Shown: positions 30,547-41,399, counted from the stretch's first letter. The stretch is 64,000 bases of DNA from Ignavibacteriota bacterium (GCA_963794025.1 CAWCCK010000014.1:10162-74161), one strand, 5' to 3'. Numbers and translations: made by a program. The notes: generated from the letters alone by a model not told the origin.

Positions 30547-31409
30547 GCCTGCCATATTCCAACAATCACAAATAAAAGCACGACAAAACCCAGAACGGCA
30601 TTGATCTTAAAAAATGCCAGATCGACATCCGAGGATTTTTTTTGTTCGAGGTACAGCAGCGCCCCCGAAATAACAAGCAGCGCAGCAGCAATGAGGCTTC
30701 CGCGAAACGCTATAATATAAACGCCTGCTAATACAAAGAACGAGATCGCATGAATAACGCTAGACCATTGTAACGCACGACGAGACCCAAATTTTGCAGG
30801 GAATGAAAATAATCCTTCCCTCTTATCGAACGCTTCGTCCGAAGTGGAATAAATAATGTCGAACCCTGAGGCCCATAACCATGTAAAAAGACTTAGCAAG
30901 GCAGCTGGAAGAACGCATGAAATAGATGGGTGTACTGCAAAAAAAGCTCCCAAAGGTCCGAGCGCCAGCGAGGCTCCAATTCCGAAATGCGAGAGCGATG
31001 TAAATCGCTTCATAAATGGATAAATGCTAAACACCACAAGCGGTATCGGCGAAAGCACAACGCAAAGCGAGTTCAGCGAAAAGGCACAACACTCATACAG
31101 CACCAGCGCCAATGCAAGAATGCCAAGCGCCTGCCCCATCGTCATTTTTCCAGATGGGAGTTCCCGTCCTGCGGTGCGTGGATTTTTTGCGTCGATCTGT
31201 CGATCTACTATTCGGTTTACCGCAAAACCAACGGTTCGAGCGCCGGTGGCAGCGCCAAGAATGAGGAACGCTTTTCCCACGATCTCAGCAGGTGATAGCA
31301 TAGTTCCATCCACCCAATTGGCATCTAAGCCGAGCGCCATGCCCGCATAGACCATCGGGAGCGAAAAAAGGGTATGCTCAATCTTGACAAAGGAAAAATA
31401 TTTCTTCAT
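30543..31409 (-). CDS. mqnP: UbiA-family prenyltransferase, MqnP-type (futalosine menaquinone pathway)
   Basis: VKIEHTLFSLP, NRIVDRQIDAKNPRTAGRELPSG, YPFMKRFT, GFDIIY, AFFKINA. Confidence 0.8.
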   Translation of the reverse strand: MKKYFSFVKIEHTLFSLPMVYAGMALGLDANWVDGTMLSPAEIVGKAFLILGAATGARTVGFAVNRIVDRQIDAKNPRTAGRELPSGKMTMGQALGILALALVLYECCAFSLNSLCVVLSPIPLVVFSIYPFMKRFTSLSHFGIGASLALGPLGAFFAVHPSISCVLPAALLSLFTWLWASGFDIIYSTSDEAFDKREGLFSFPAKFGSRRALQWSSVIHAISFFVLAGVYIIAFRGSLIAAALLVISGALLYLEQKKSSDVDLAFFKINAVLGFVVLLFVIVGIWQA

Positions 31410-31427
31410 CGTATTAGGGTGTGGGAA

Positions 31428-31862
31428 TTATTGACCGGCATCGGCAAGCAGCCGAAGCGCATTGATATATCCTTGCGGTCCGCGTCCCATAATGATGCGG
31501 ACGTTCGTAAGTCCCTCAAACACACTATGCCGCCTAAATTCTTCCCGCTGCGTGAGATCGCTCAAATGCACTTCGATCATCGGCTTGCCCACGGCGACTA
31601 CCGCATCTCTGAGCGACCAGGAATAATGCGCCAGCGCGCCGGGATTCATAATAATGGCGTCATACCATGTTCTCTCTTCATGTAAACAATCTATAAGAGT
31701 TCCTTCATGATTCGATTGGAAACATTTTAATTCGACGTGAAACTTCCTCGCTTCTGTTTCGATCATCTGGTTGAGATCATCGAGAGTTCCGCGCCCATAG
31801 ATCTCCGGCTCGCGTTCGCCGAGCAAGTTCAGATTAGGCCCATGTAATACAAGTATTTTCAT
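31428..31862 (-). CDS. aroQ: Type II 3-dehydroquinate dehydratase
   Basis: HGPNLNLLGEREPEIYG, FQSNHEG, EVHLS. Confidence 0.97.
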   Translation of the reverse strand: MKILVLHGPNLNLLGEREPEIYGRGTLDDLNQMIETEARKFHVELKCFQSNHEGTLIDCLHEERTWYDAIIMNPGALAHYSWSLRDAVVAVGKPMIEVHLSDLTQREEFRRHSVFEGLTNVRIIMGRGPQGYINALRLLADAGQ

Positions 31863-33541
31863 GCAAATGTAAGCATCTTATCGATCGCCCGGGGTGCATC
31901 CACCTCGGATATTTCAGTAACAAATGCCTCACCGATCGAGCGCAGAAGGATAACGCGGTTCATCCCTTTTTTGTCGCGCTGGAATGCGGTAAGAACACGC
32001 TCTGTGTTTGTTTCGATTGTTCTGCGAATGGGAATCTTTGCGAGGGTGGATTCAATTTCCGTCCACTGCTCTGTGCTAAGATACCCAAGTTGGCTCGATA
32101 GCCACGCTGCCGCGCGCATTCCGTGTAACACTGCTTCGCCATGTAGTAGTGCTTCAAAATTGGTTGCCGCTTCCAGCGCGTGACCAAAAGTATGACCGAA
32201 ATTCAAAAGCGCGCGCATACCATCGGCATGCTCGAACTCATCGGCTTCCACATAACGAAGCTTTTCTTTTATAGCATCGAAAATGAGGGGTTCATACCCT
32301 GCATTCATGCTGCGGGTCAGACGATCTAATTGCTTGGTAACTTTATCCCACAGTTCCAGGTTCCCGATTAGGGCATACTTCAACACTTCGGCTAAACCCG
32401 ATAACAGTTCTCGTTGCGGGAGCGTCCGAAGATAGAGCGGATCAACAAGCACAAGCTTCGGTGGATAAAATGTGCCGATCTGATTTTTACTTCCCACATA
32501 ATTGATGCCCGTTTTCCCGCCGATCGCAGCATCTGCTTGTGCGATAAGTGTGGTTGGAATATGCAGAAGAGGAAGGCCACGGTGGTATAGGCTTGCCGCA
32601 AGGCCCGCTATATCCGTTACCACTCCCCCTCCAAATGCAACAATTAATGTGGTGCGACGCGAGGAATTAAAAGCATGAAGCTGCTCAAGAATTATCTGTA
32701 GGGTTCCCACATCCTTATGCGGCTCCCCCGCTGGAACTGTTACGTTTTGAAGTATCGCTTTTGCTCCAATAATATTTACGAACGCTTTATGAAATTCCTT
32801 CCCGTGTAATTCACCGATATTTTCATCCGTCACAAGTATAACGTGCGAATATCCTTGTTCGACAACAAAATGTCCCAATTCACGCATTGCTGTTCCACTA
32901 CCTACAAACACGGGATACGACCCGAGAGCGCTCTTAGCAATGAGTGTGCGATGAGGCGGCTTCAGTGCCACGCTGAGCGACATCTGATCGAGCGCGGTGA
33001 GAAGTTCCTGCGCTAATTCTTTGGGATCTCGTTCATCTCCTCGGATACTTCGAGTAACAAAATGCAGGACAGCTTGTTCATACCACGCCCGGCGATCTTT
33101 CAGGAGTTCGGCAAGCGTTTTGTTAAGTTCCTCAGCAGAAGAATCCTTAAAACGTGGACGCACAAGCCCGTGCAGCATATCATTTTGGATGTTCTTTGCA
33201 GCCTCACGCACGGTCACATCGATCCATATCGGAATTCCTGAACCACGTATGATGGCTCGATTCAGGGCACTCAATACAACACCACCTCCTGTTGCAATCA
33301 CGCTGGGTTTGCCGGTCTTTGAGGCCACACGTAGCAATGCTGCTGTTTCCATTTCGCGGAACCTACTTTCGCCTTCGCCTGCAAATATCTCTGCAACCGT
33401 TTTACCGCAACTCGCCTCGATCTCCGCATCGAGATCGACAAATACAAACCGGTCGAGCAGCTTAGCTAATTCACGTCCGATAGCAGATTTCCCTGCACCT
33501 GGAAGCCCGATGAGATAAAGGTTGCGGTTGCGCCAGGTCAT
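31859..33541 (-). CDS. aroKB: Bifunctional shikimate kinase / 3-dehydroquinate synthase
   Basis: N-terminal GLPGAGKS..DLD..GESRFR..ATGGG; C-terminal GGGVVTDIAG, PTTL..DAAIGGKTG, LNFGHTFGHALE, LLHGEAV. Confidence 0.93.
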   Translation of the reverse strand: MTWRNRNLYLIGLPGAGKSAIGRELAKLLDRFVFVDLDAEIEASCGKTVAEIFAGEGESRFREMETAALLRVASKTGKPSVIATGGGVVLSALNRAIIRGSGIPIWIDVTVREAAKNIQNDMLHGLVRPRFKDSSAEELNKTLAELLKDRRAWYEQAVLHFVTRSIRGDERDPKELAQELLTALDQMSLSVALKPPHRTLIAKSALGSYPVFVGSGTAMRELGHFVVEQGYSHVILVTDENIGELHGKEFHKAFVNIIGAKAILQNVTVPAGEPHKDVGTLQIILEQLHAFNSSRRTTLIVAFGGGVVTDIAGLAASLYHRGLPLLHIPTTLIAQADAAIGGKTGINYVGSKNQIGTFYPPKLVLVDPLYLRTLPQRELLSGLAEVLKYALIGNLELWDKVTKQLDRLTRSMNAGYEPLIFDAIKEKLRYVEADEFEHADGMRALLNFGHTFGHALEAATNFEALLHGEAVLHGMRAAAWLSSQLGYLSTEQWTEIESTLAKIPIRRTIETNTERVLTAFQRDKKGMNRVILLRSIGEAFVTEISEVDAPRAIDKMLTFA

Positions 33542-34710
33542 TTCGTTCCTATTTGAAGAGCGTATCGTCGAATTGCAATCCGCTCTTTTAGTTCCGCTAT
33601 GGTATCTCCGCCAAACGTATTAAAAAGCTCGCTTGCAATGGTTAACGCCACAACTTGCTCGACAATAACGGCAAGCGCGGGAACCGCGCAAACGTCGCTT
33701 CGCTCGATGTGCGCTTCGGTCGCTTCGCCTGTTGCAAGATCGACCGATCCCAGCGGGCGCATCAGCGTAGAAATCGGCTTCATGTGTGCGCGGATGGCAA
33801 TCGGTTCCCCGTTCGACATTCCTCCCTCGATGCCACCCGCATTGTTGCTTCCGCGCCCGATTATTCCTTCCTGAATTCCAATACTATCATGCACTTCGGA
33901 ACCAAAACTGCGAGCAGCATGAACACCCGCTCCTATTTCTACCGCCTTTACCGCCTGAATGCTCATGATAGCTTGTGATAAAAGACCATCGAGCTTTCGA
34001 TCCCAATGAACATGGCTTCCAATTCCCGGCGGCACGTTCCGAACGATGCACTCGACCGTACCACCAAGCGTATCTCCGTTTGCTTTTGCTTCATCTATTT
34101 TCGCAATTACTTGTTCCTCAATGGAACGGTTTAACATTCGAACCAAACTGGAACCACATTTCTTGCGAGCTTTAAATACTTCCTCGATCGTCTCTGCTTC
34201 GGCAACGATACCTCCGATCGCGGAAACATAACAGGCTGATTCAAAACCTAATTCTCTCAATAGCGCGCTAGCAATCGCGCCGATCGCACACCGCATAGCA
34301 GTCTCGCGTGCGCTGGCGCGTTCGAAGACATTGCGAAGATCGGTATGGCCGTATTTCATTGCGCCCGCAAGATCGGCATGGCCGGGGCGTGGAACCGTAA
34401 CAGGGGATAGTTCTTTATCTGAAAGAACGATCGGCATTCGTTCCCGCCAATGTTCCCAATCTTTGTTTTGGATGAGCAGGGCGATCGGCGCGCCCGTTGT
34501 TACGCCATTTCTTACGCCGGAAACAATACGCACAGAATCGTTCTCAATTTTTTGGCGTCGTCCACGACCGTAACCCTTTTGCCGTTCTTGAAGAATGGGA
34601 TCAATATCGCGCTCAGCGACAAGCGAAAGCCCAGCGGGCATTCCTTCCAGAATGCCAACAAGCATTTCGCCATGCGATTCACCGGCGGTCAGGTAGCGAA
34701 GTGTTCCCAT
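33538..34710 (-). CDS. aroC: Chorismate synthase
   Basis: TAGESHG, PRPGHAD, ERASARETA, GGIEGGMSNG, ERSDVCAVP. Confidence 0.97.
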   Translation of the reverse strand: MGTLRYLTAGESHGEMLVGILEGMPAGLSLVAERDIDPILQERQKGYGRGRRQKIENDSVRIVSGVRNGVTTGAPIALLIQNKDWEHWRERMPIVLSDKELSPVTVPRPGHADLAGAMKYGHTDLRNVFERASARETAMRCAIGAIASALLRELGFESACYVSAIGGIVAEAETIEEVFKARKKCGSSLVRMLNRSIEEQVIAKIDEAKANGDTLGGTVECIVRNVPPGIGSHVHWDRKLDGLLSQAIMSIQAVKAVEIGAGVHAARSFGSEVHDSIGIQEGIIGRGSNNAGGIEGGMSNGEPIAIRAHMKPISTLMRPLGSVDLATGEATEAHIERSDVCAVPALAVIVEQVVALTIASELFNTFGGDTIAELKERIAIRRYALQIGTK

Positions 34711-35579
34711 CGTGGAATTAATAATTTAGAAAGGGAATCATAGATCAAGCGGTATTCTTCATTATTCAATAACGTATGATCTGTCTCTGTACCGGTCATC
34801 CAACAATACTGCGAAAGCGCGGCTTGTTCAATGAGCATTCCAAGGCCGTCCACAATTTTCGCTCCCATGCTTGCTGCATAATCTAAAAATCTAGTTCGAA
34901 GCGGATTGTAAACCAGATCCACTGCGATGTCGCCATTCCTCCATTCGAAATTTTCTAACAGTGATTCATTCGAACGCTGCCCTACCGGCGTTGCTTGAAC
35001 AATAAATTGATGCGCTGCGTCCCGCGAAATTTCATCGAGTGAAGGGACAACGACTGATCCGTATGACGGTGCAGCCTGGTTTGCTTTTTGTATTGAACGT
35101 GCTGCAATAGTAATCTTTTTCCATCCGAGTTCCCTCACTGCATGGAGCACTGCACGCGCTGCGCCGCCTGCGCCGAGAATCGTTAGCTCATACTGTTCGT
35201 AAGCAAGTTTTGGATGATTTTTCTCCATCGCAAAACGAAATCCATTCCCATCCGTTGAGATACTGCGTGGAATAGCATCACAAAGAATCACGTTGGCAGA
35301 ATGAATTTCCTTCACAAGAGGCGAGGGTTCTTCACCGATATTTGAGGCAGCAAACTTATAGGGAAATGTCACATTGAATCCTTGATAACCATCTTTCCTG
35401 CCCCCTTCAACATGAGATAAAAATCCCTGCTCATCTGAGCATTCAATTTTGGAATAATCGAGCGAATCATAGTCGCTTTCGCATTTGGCACGAACAATAT
35501 TGAAGAGCGCGCAATGCACGTCCGGCGAAATGCTATGACCGAGGGAACGTCCGAGCAGGGCGGCTTTTAAGATCTTCAT
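34689..35579 (-). CDS. aroE: Shikimate dehydrogenase
   Basis: HSISP, NVTFPYK, TDG.GF, GAGGAARA, DLVYNP, DGLGMLIEQA. Confidence 0.92.
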   Translation of the reverse strand: MKILKAALLGRSLGHSISPDVHCALFNIVRAKCESDYDSLDYSKIECSDEQGFLSHVEGGRKDGYQGFNVTFPYKFAASNIGEEPSPLVKEIHSANVILCDAIPRSISTDGNGFRFAMEKNHPKLAYEQYELTILGAGGAARAVLHAVRELGWKKITIAARSIQKANQAAPSYGSVVVPSLDEISRDAAHQFIVQATPVGQRSNESLLENFEWRNGDIAVDLVYNPLRTRFLDYAASMGAKIVDGLGMLIEQAALSQYCWMTGTETDHTLLNNEEYRLIYDSLSKLLIPRWEHFAT

Positions 35580-36931
35580 GCTTCACTAATTCCCACATGA
35601 GCGGTTCCGCAGAGCTGCTGCAGTTGAAGAAAAAATTCGGGGTATGAAACGCTTGCTGCATCGGCATCTTCTATCTCGCTTGGCGATTCGCAAAAAAGCG
35701 CAGCGATAGAAAACGCCATCAGCAAACGGTGATCTCCTCCATGCAGGATGTGTGCATTCGAAAGTGTACGATCTGGTATCCCCTGTATCGTAATTCCATC
35801 CGGGGTTTCATCTGTTTCTACTCCGAACGCTTGGAATTGTTTTGCTGTAAGCCCGAGCCGGTCGCTTTCTTTCACGCGAAGTTCCGATGCGCCGCAGATG
35901 GAACTATCTCCATCGGCAAACATGGCAAGAACCATGAGGATCGGTAGCTCGTCAATCAGAAGTGGCACATCATCGGAGTCAATTTCAAATGGGGTGATCG
36001 GCTCGGTTCGCAGATCGCCATACATGGTTATGTTCCCGCGCGGTTCATTCCATGCTTCCGTGATATTACTTGCCTCCACTTCAATTCCCATGAGCGAAAG
36101 TATTTCAAGAAAGCGTGTGCGGCTTGGGTTCAGCGATGCGCCTTCTATCACAAGCCGTTTTTTCAATAGCACTGCGGCAGCAATAAGAAACGCAGCGCAA
36201 GAAAAATCACCGGGAACTTCATAGACAATCTCATCGGCAAGTTCCGGCATCCCTTCTGGGAAAACCACAATATCTTCCTCTTGTTCAATGCCAAATCCGA
36301 ATGCGGACATCATTCGCTCGGTGTGATCGCGGGATGGTGCTGGTTCCCGAATGGTTGTCGGGCCATCGGCGAACAATCCTGCCAGCATCATAGCGGATTT
36401 CATTTGCGCGGATGCAACGGGAAGCATAATTTCTGCCCCCTGCAATTTCTGTCCTGCGATCTCTAACGGAAGCGTTCCCTTTGAATCGGTGGCTATAATG
36501 GCATTCATTTCTGAAAGCAAATTCGCAAGCCGTTTCATAGGCCGGGTGGATAGCGATGCGTCACCAATAAGCGTACTATTAAATGGCTGCCCTGCCAATA
36601 ACCCCATGAGCAAACGGGCCGTAGTTCCCGAGTTTGCGCAATGGATCGCGTGGGATGGCGCACGATACCCTCGCCGGCCTACGCCGTGCAATGCAATTTG
36701 CTTCTCTTCCACATCTACAGGAACCCCAAGCGATTCTAATGCAAGCACCGTAGCGATCACATCGTCCGAAATCGAACCGGGTGACGCAATAGGAATATGA
36801 ATAGCGGATGTTGTAAGGGAACCAATAAAAAGAACGCGATGAAGGATCGATTTATCCGGTGGCATCCGGAGCGTAACGGCTTCTGATCGCTCCGTGCTCA
36901 GAGTTCCAACGGGATTTATTCGCGCAACCAT
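35576..36931 (-). CDS. aroA: 3-phosphoshikimate 1-carboxyvinyltransferase
   Basis: DKSILHR, NSGTTARL, ASAQMKSA, SRDHTERM, ELRVKESDR, DHR. Confidence 0.95.
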   Translation of the reverse strand: MVARINPVGTLSTERSEAVTLRMPPDKSILHRVLFIGSLTTSAIHIPIASPGSISDDVIATVLALESLGVPVDVEEKQIALHGVGRRGYRAPSHAIHCANSGTTARLLMGLLAGQPFNSTLIGDASLSTRPMKRLANLLSEMNAIIATDSKGTLPLEIAGQKLQGAEIMLPVASAQMKSAMMLAGLFADGPTTIREPAPSRDHTERMMSAFGFGIEQEEDIVVFPEGMPELADEIVYEVPGDFSCAAFLIAAAVLLKKRLVIEGASLNPSRTRFLEILSLMGIEVEASNITEAWNEPRGNITMYGDLRTEPITPFEIDSDDVPLLIDELPILMVLAMFADGDSSICGASELRVKESDRLGLTAKQFQAFGVETDETPDGITIQGIPDRTLSNAHILHGGDHRLLMAFSIAALFCESPSEIEDADAASVSYPEFFLQLQQLCGTAHVGISEA

Positions 36932-36934
36932 GCT

Positions 36935-37897
36935 CTAAACGTTATCCCCTGCTATCGTATCGATCGGGAGCGTCAGTTTGGGAAGCACTCCGAGCATTCC
37001 AAGCGCCTCACGCGCGGCATTTTGTTCGGCTTCTTTTTTCGAGCGACCGTTCCCGGAACCATGTCGAAGGCCGCTTACCATTACATCGACAGCAAAAACG
37101 CGCTCGTGGTTCGGCCCATCCTCGCTCACCGTGACATATTTAGGCGAAGATAATTTTTTCGATTGCACAAACTCCAGCAGCATCGACTTGTAATTGTTAT
37201 CCGCAAGCATTAGTTCATCCCGACGCGTATGCGTGATGATATTCCGATAAATAAAATCCCGCGCGGCCGTCATTCCGCCATCGAGATAGATCGCGGCAAT
37301 GAGCGCTTCGTACGCATCGGCAAGGAGCGTGGCGGAGCCGCGTTTGAGGGCCGCGTCCGCAGAGGACGAAAGCAGCAGGAACTGCTGGAGATTGATATCC
37401 ATCGCGTGATGCACGAGCGCCGCGCCAGAAACAAGACGGGAACGAAGTTTGGTGAGGTCGCCTTCGGGCAGTGCATCGAACTCGTTATACAGATATTCTG
37501 CTATGACGAGATTGAGAATGGAATCGCCAAGAAATTCCAGGCGCTCGTTCGATTTCAGCGTAGGATATTGCGCGAACTGCAAGTAGGAACGATGCGTCAG
37601 CGCCTGTAAAAAATAACCGCGATGCTTGATGGTGTAACCAATGCGGCGTTCGAGATCGTCGAAATCCTGTGCAACGAGCACCGCCCGCGCGGTGCCAGGA
37701 ACTACTTCGAAGAGTGGCGCTGCGGGCGAGGATGGTGTTTCTTTTTCGCGGATCTTTTCTTCGATGCGCGTTCGCCGCGCGCGCCCGAGTTCCCGATACC
37801 GGTCGATACGCCCGCGCAGCCGTTCGATGATGCTGCGCTCTTCCGGCGGCTGCTTGTCTCTGCGCTTCGGAGGTGTAAAAAAATTAGTCGCGCTCAA
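36935..37897 (-). CDS. rnc: Ribonuclease III with long N-terminal extension
   Basis: ALTHRS, NERLEFLGDS, dsRBD GRSKKEAEQNAA. Start uncertain. Confidence 0.95.
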   Translation of the reverse strand: MSATNFFTPPKRRDKQPPEERSIIERLRGRIDRYRELGRARRTRIEEKIREKETPSSPAAPLFEVVPGTARAVLVAQDFDDLERRIGYTIKHRGYFLQALTHRSYLQFAQYPTLKSNERLEFLGDSILNLVIAEYLYNEFDALPEGDLTKLRSRLVSGAALVHHAMDINLQQFLLLSSSADAALKRGSATLLADAYEALIAAIYLDGGMTAARDFIYRNIITHTRRDELMLADNNYKSMLLEFVQSKKLSSPKYVTVSEDGPNHERVFAVDVMVSGLRHGSGNGRSKKEAEQNAAREALGMLGVLPKLTLPIDTIAGDNV

Positions 37898-37942
37898 GAA
37901 ATAGGAATTAGAGAGTACGTTGGAGGAGTGGGAGGCAAAGAA

Positions 37943-39212
37943 TCACGCATCGTAGCGCCGAAAAATAAGCGTGGCATTATGACCGCCAAAGCCGAACCCG
38001 TTGCTCATCGCCGTCTCGATCTTCATGGGCCGCGCGACATTGGGAACGTAATCCAGATCGCATGCCGGATCGGGGAATTCGTAATTGATCGTCGGCGGCG
38101 CTATCTGATCGCGGATCGCCAAAACCGTTGCGATCGCTTCGATAGCGCCTGCCGCGCCAAGCAAATGACCCGTCATAGATTTCGTCGAGCTGATGGCTAC
38201 TTTTCGCGCATGATCGCCAAAGGTAACTTTGATCGCGTCGGACTCAGAAATATCGCCGATCGGTGTCGAAGTGCCATGCACATTGATATAATCAATGTCT
38301 TCCGGAACTAAATTTGCCGGATTCGATGGCCATTCGCATTGAGCGAACGGCACCTTCCCCACCGGGCGCGGGCTGCGTGATGTGATAGGCATCGGCGGAA
38401 AGACCGAAACCAGCAAACTCTGCATAGATCTTCGCGCCACGCCGTTTCGCGTGTTCGAGTTCTTCTAAAATGATCGTTGCCGCGCCCTCGCCGATCACAA
38501 AGCCGTCGCGTTCTTTATCGAACGGACGGCTGGCTTTCTCCGGCGCATCGTTGCGTGTGGAGAGCGCTTTCATCGCGTTGAATCCACCAACGCCCATCGG
38601 CGAGATCACGGCTTCCGAACCTCCGGCAACCATGATGTCCGAAGTTCCCCGCTCGATGAGCATCACCGCGTCGATGATCGCATTGTTGCCGGTAGCGCAG
38701 GCGCTCGTCGTCGCGTAGTTCGGGCCTTTCAGTCCGTGACGCATCGAGATATATCCCGCGCAAATATCGCTGATGAGCATGGGAACGAAAAACGGCGAAA
38801 TGCGATGCGGCCCTCCGGTTTCGAAGAGCGTTTCCTGCTGCTTGAGGTACGTCCACATTCCGCCGATACCGGAGCCGAAGATCACGCCGAACCGATTTCG
38901 ATCTACTTTTTCAAGATCGAATCCAGCATCTTTAATTGCCATATCCGACGATGCGACACCGAACTGCGTGAACAAGTCCATGCGGTTCGTCATCTTACGA
39001 TCGATGAAATTGAGCGGATCGAAGTTTTTCACTTCACATCCAAATTTCGTATCGTAATTCGAAGCATCGAAGCGCGTGATCGGGGCAGCGCCGGAACGGC
39101 CTTGCAACAAACCTTCCCAAAAAGAAGGCACATCGAGGCCGAGCGGAGTCACCGCGCCCATGCCCGTTACAACGATCCTGCGGCGACCTTCCGGTTTGTG
39201 GAGTTCCGGCAT
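37943..39212 (-). CDS. fabF: 3-oxoacyl-ACP synthase II; one extra base near 38317-38320 splits the ORF
   Basis: N-part [19 protein letters not shown]-part [31 protein letters not shown]. Removing one base restores [13 protein letters not shown]. Confidence 0.93.
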
Positions 39213-39218
39213 CGGGAA

Positions 39219-39458
39219 TTACTTTTTCGAAGTGATGTAGGTAATTGCGTCGCCGACGGTCTGGATTTTCTCCGCGTCTTCGTCAGGAATTTGAAGATTG
39301 AATGCTTTTTCGAATTCCATAACGAGTTCGACGGTATCGAGCGAATCCGCGCCGAGATCGTTGGTGAACGACGCCGTATTCGTGATCTGCGAATCCTCGA
39401 CGCCAAGTTTGCTGACGATAATTTCTTTGACTTTCGATTCTACGTTTTGATCTGCCAT
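39219..39458 (-). CDS. acpP: Acyl carrier protein
   Basis: [20 protein letters not shown]. Confidence 0.98.
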   Translation of the reverse strand: MADQNVESKVKEIIVSKLGVEDSQITNTASFTNDLGADSLDTVELVMEFEKAFNLQIPDEDAEKIQTVGDAITYITSKK

Positions 39459-39500
39459 TGTGTTTGGTAAAAGTGTATGTTAAGTATTAAAAAATTGTGC

Positions 39501-39642
39501 TGTCATTGCGAGGAGGGAATTACGAAGCGAAGCGCGCATGACCGATCATGCGCGGGAGTAATTCCCGACGAAGCAATCTCAAGCTTGAGATTGCTTCGTC
39601 GCGCTTGGCTCCCTCCGGTCGCCAAACGCTCCTCGCAATGAC
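39501..39642. repeat. Complete REP-like composite palindrome (TGTCATTGCGAGGAG...CTCCTCGCAATGAC)
   Basis: Terminal arms plus inner hairpins cgacgaagcaatctc aagctt gagattgcttcgtcg and cgcgcatg..catgcgcg. Confidence 0.85.
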
Positions 39643-39675
39643 GAAAAAAAATATTTTCTTTCATCAACTAAAAAT

Positions 39676-40443
39676 TTACATGACCATCCCGCCATCGACG
39701 ACGAGCACCTGGCCGGTTACATAATCCGCCGCCTCGGAAGCCAGAAAACCAACGACGCGCGCCACGTCAACGGGCTTTCCGGCGCGTTTCAGAGGAACGG
39801 TCGTAAGCATTGCTTCGCGTTGAGCGTCGTTTAGTTTTGCGGTCATTTCTGTTTCGATAAAGCCCGGCGCAACGGCGTTAACCGTGATATTCCGCGAGGC
39901 CACTTCCTTCGCAATCGACTTGGTAAAACCGATTACACCGGCCTTCGAAGCCGAATAATTCGCCTGCCCCGCATTGCCGGTTATACCTACAACACTGGCA
40001 ACGTTAATTATCTTCCCCTGTTTTTGGGACATCATCGTTCGGAGCACCACTTTCGTCATATTGAACACGCCTTTCAGGTTAATATCGAGCACGAAATCCC
40101 AGTCGGCCTCCGACATTCGCATCAATAATCCGTCCTTTGTGACTCCGGCGTTGTTCACCAAAATATCGATTCGGCCATGCTCTGCAACGACGCCATCGAT
40201 GTAGGCTTGCGTAACGGCTGGGTCGCGGACATCGATAATAGCGTGCTGAACTTTCAGTTTATCGGGCGTAAGGCTTTGCTTCGTCAGCGTTTCGGCCATT
40301 TCGCTTCCGGCAGGATCGTTCGATGCTGCAGCTATCGAATAGCCTCTAAAAAAAAGCTCTTCGACAATAGCGCGCCCGATCCCACGCGACCCTCCGGTCA
40401 CGACAGCGACTTTCTTCTCTCCGATACCTATAAGAGGTGGCAT
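39676..40443 (-). CDS. fabG: 3-oxoacyl-ACP reductase
   Basis: TGGSRGIG, NNAG, YSASK, VAPGFIET. Confidence 0.96.
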   Translation of the reverse strand: MPPLIGIGEKKVAVVTGGSRGIGRAIVEELFFRGYSIAAASNDPAGSEMAETLTKQSLTPDKLKVQHAIIDVRDPAVTQAYIDGVVAEHGRIDILVNNAGVTKDGLLMRMSEADWDFVLDINLKGVFNMTKVVLRTMMSQKQGKIINVASVVGITGNAGQANYSASKAGVIGFTKSIAKEVASRNITVNAVAPGFIETEMTAKLNDAQREAMLTTVPLKRAGKPVDVARVVGFLASEAADYVTGQVLVVDGGMVM

Positions 40444-40459
40444 GAATGAATATTATTGA

Positions 40460-41173
40460 TTATAATTTCACTTGAACAAAACTTGCCTTTAAACGCTCCG
40501 CTTCAAATCGATCTCGGTTGGCATCGTAGTACGCTCGGAGCTTTACAAATTCCGCGTCTCCTAAAAAATGCTGCAATTCTTCCTGCATGGCTTCGAATAC
40601 GGAATGCACATAATTGCTCGTTCCTGCCGGGCCGCAATAAATAAGATCCTCGGAATGGTCATCGTCATAGGTTAAAATTCCATTGACGACGGTAACAGGA
40701 AAGAGAATGCAATAATCCGGTTTCCATGCCCAGCGATGAAGTCCGGCATTGGCCGCCGCAACTTGAATAGAACAAAAATGCCGTTTATCTAAAAAAACAC
40801 AGCCTTCGGTAAATCCGGAAATCCCGCCATCGCGATCATGCACATCGGTGCCGATAGCTTTGCCGGAAGGGAAATCCGTGTCTTCAATCACGATGCCATC
40901 GAACCAGGTTTCGGTATCGGTATCTTGCGTTTCGTCCATCGCCGCACCAATCTCGGCGGCGTGTTCGAGGATGCGATCGTGCTCGCCCATATCGGCATAC
41001 ACGCCGGAGTGACAGCAGCCGCCGCCGCATTTTCCGATGTCGCAATAATGCACGAAACCATGCGTAAAAAGAATTTCATCCACGCGGTATCCCGCCACCG
41101 TGATCGGCGCGATGCGCGTGGCGGGAATTTCGTCTTCCGCCGCGAGTATCTCTTTAATATGGCTTTCTGACAT
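40460..41173 (-). CDS. Cys-rich DUF3109-like protein (putative Fe-S or Zn binding)
   Basis: CDIGKCGGGCC, CVFL....CSI, KPDYCILFP. Confidence 0.75.
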   Translation of the reverse strand: MSESHIKEILAAEDEIPATRIAPITVAGYRVDEILFTHGFVHYCDIGKCGGGCCHSGVYADMGEHDRILEHAAEIGAAMDETQDTDTETWFDGIVIEDTDFPSGKAIGTDVHDRDGGISGFTEGCVFLDKRHFCSIQVAAANAGLHRWAWKPDYCILFPVTVVNGILTYDDDHSEDLIYCGPAGTSNYVHSVFEAMQEELQHFLGDAEFVKLRAYYDANRDRFEAERLKASFVQVKL

Positions 41174-41208
41174 TATGATTCTTACAAAGTTTTCTAATTT
41201 TTTCTATC

Positions 41209-41374
41209 TGTCATCCCGAGCGGAGCAATTCGACCGAAGGGAGAATTGCGGAGCCGAGGGATCTCATGCAGTTTTCCAGCGCGGTGAACTTCCAGAGATT
41301 CCTCGACTCCGCAAACCATCCGCGCATGACCGACCATGCGCGCTCCGCGATGGTTTGCTTCGCTCGGAATGACA
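41209..41374. repeat. REP-like composite palindrome (TGTCATCCCGAGCG...CGCTCGGAATGACA)
   Basis: Variant of the 15913 family with paired substitutions in the arms. Confidence 0.85.
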
Positions 41375-41399
41375 ATTTTAAACATTGTTGTATAATAAT

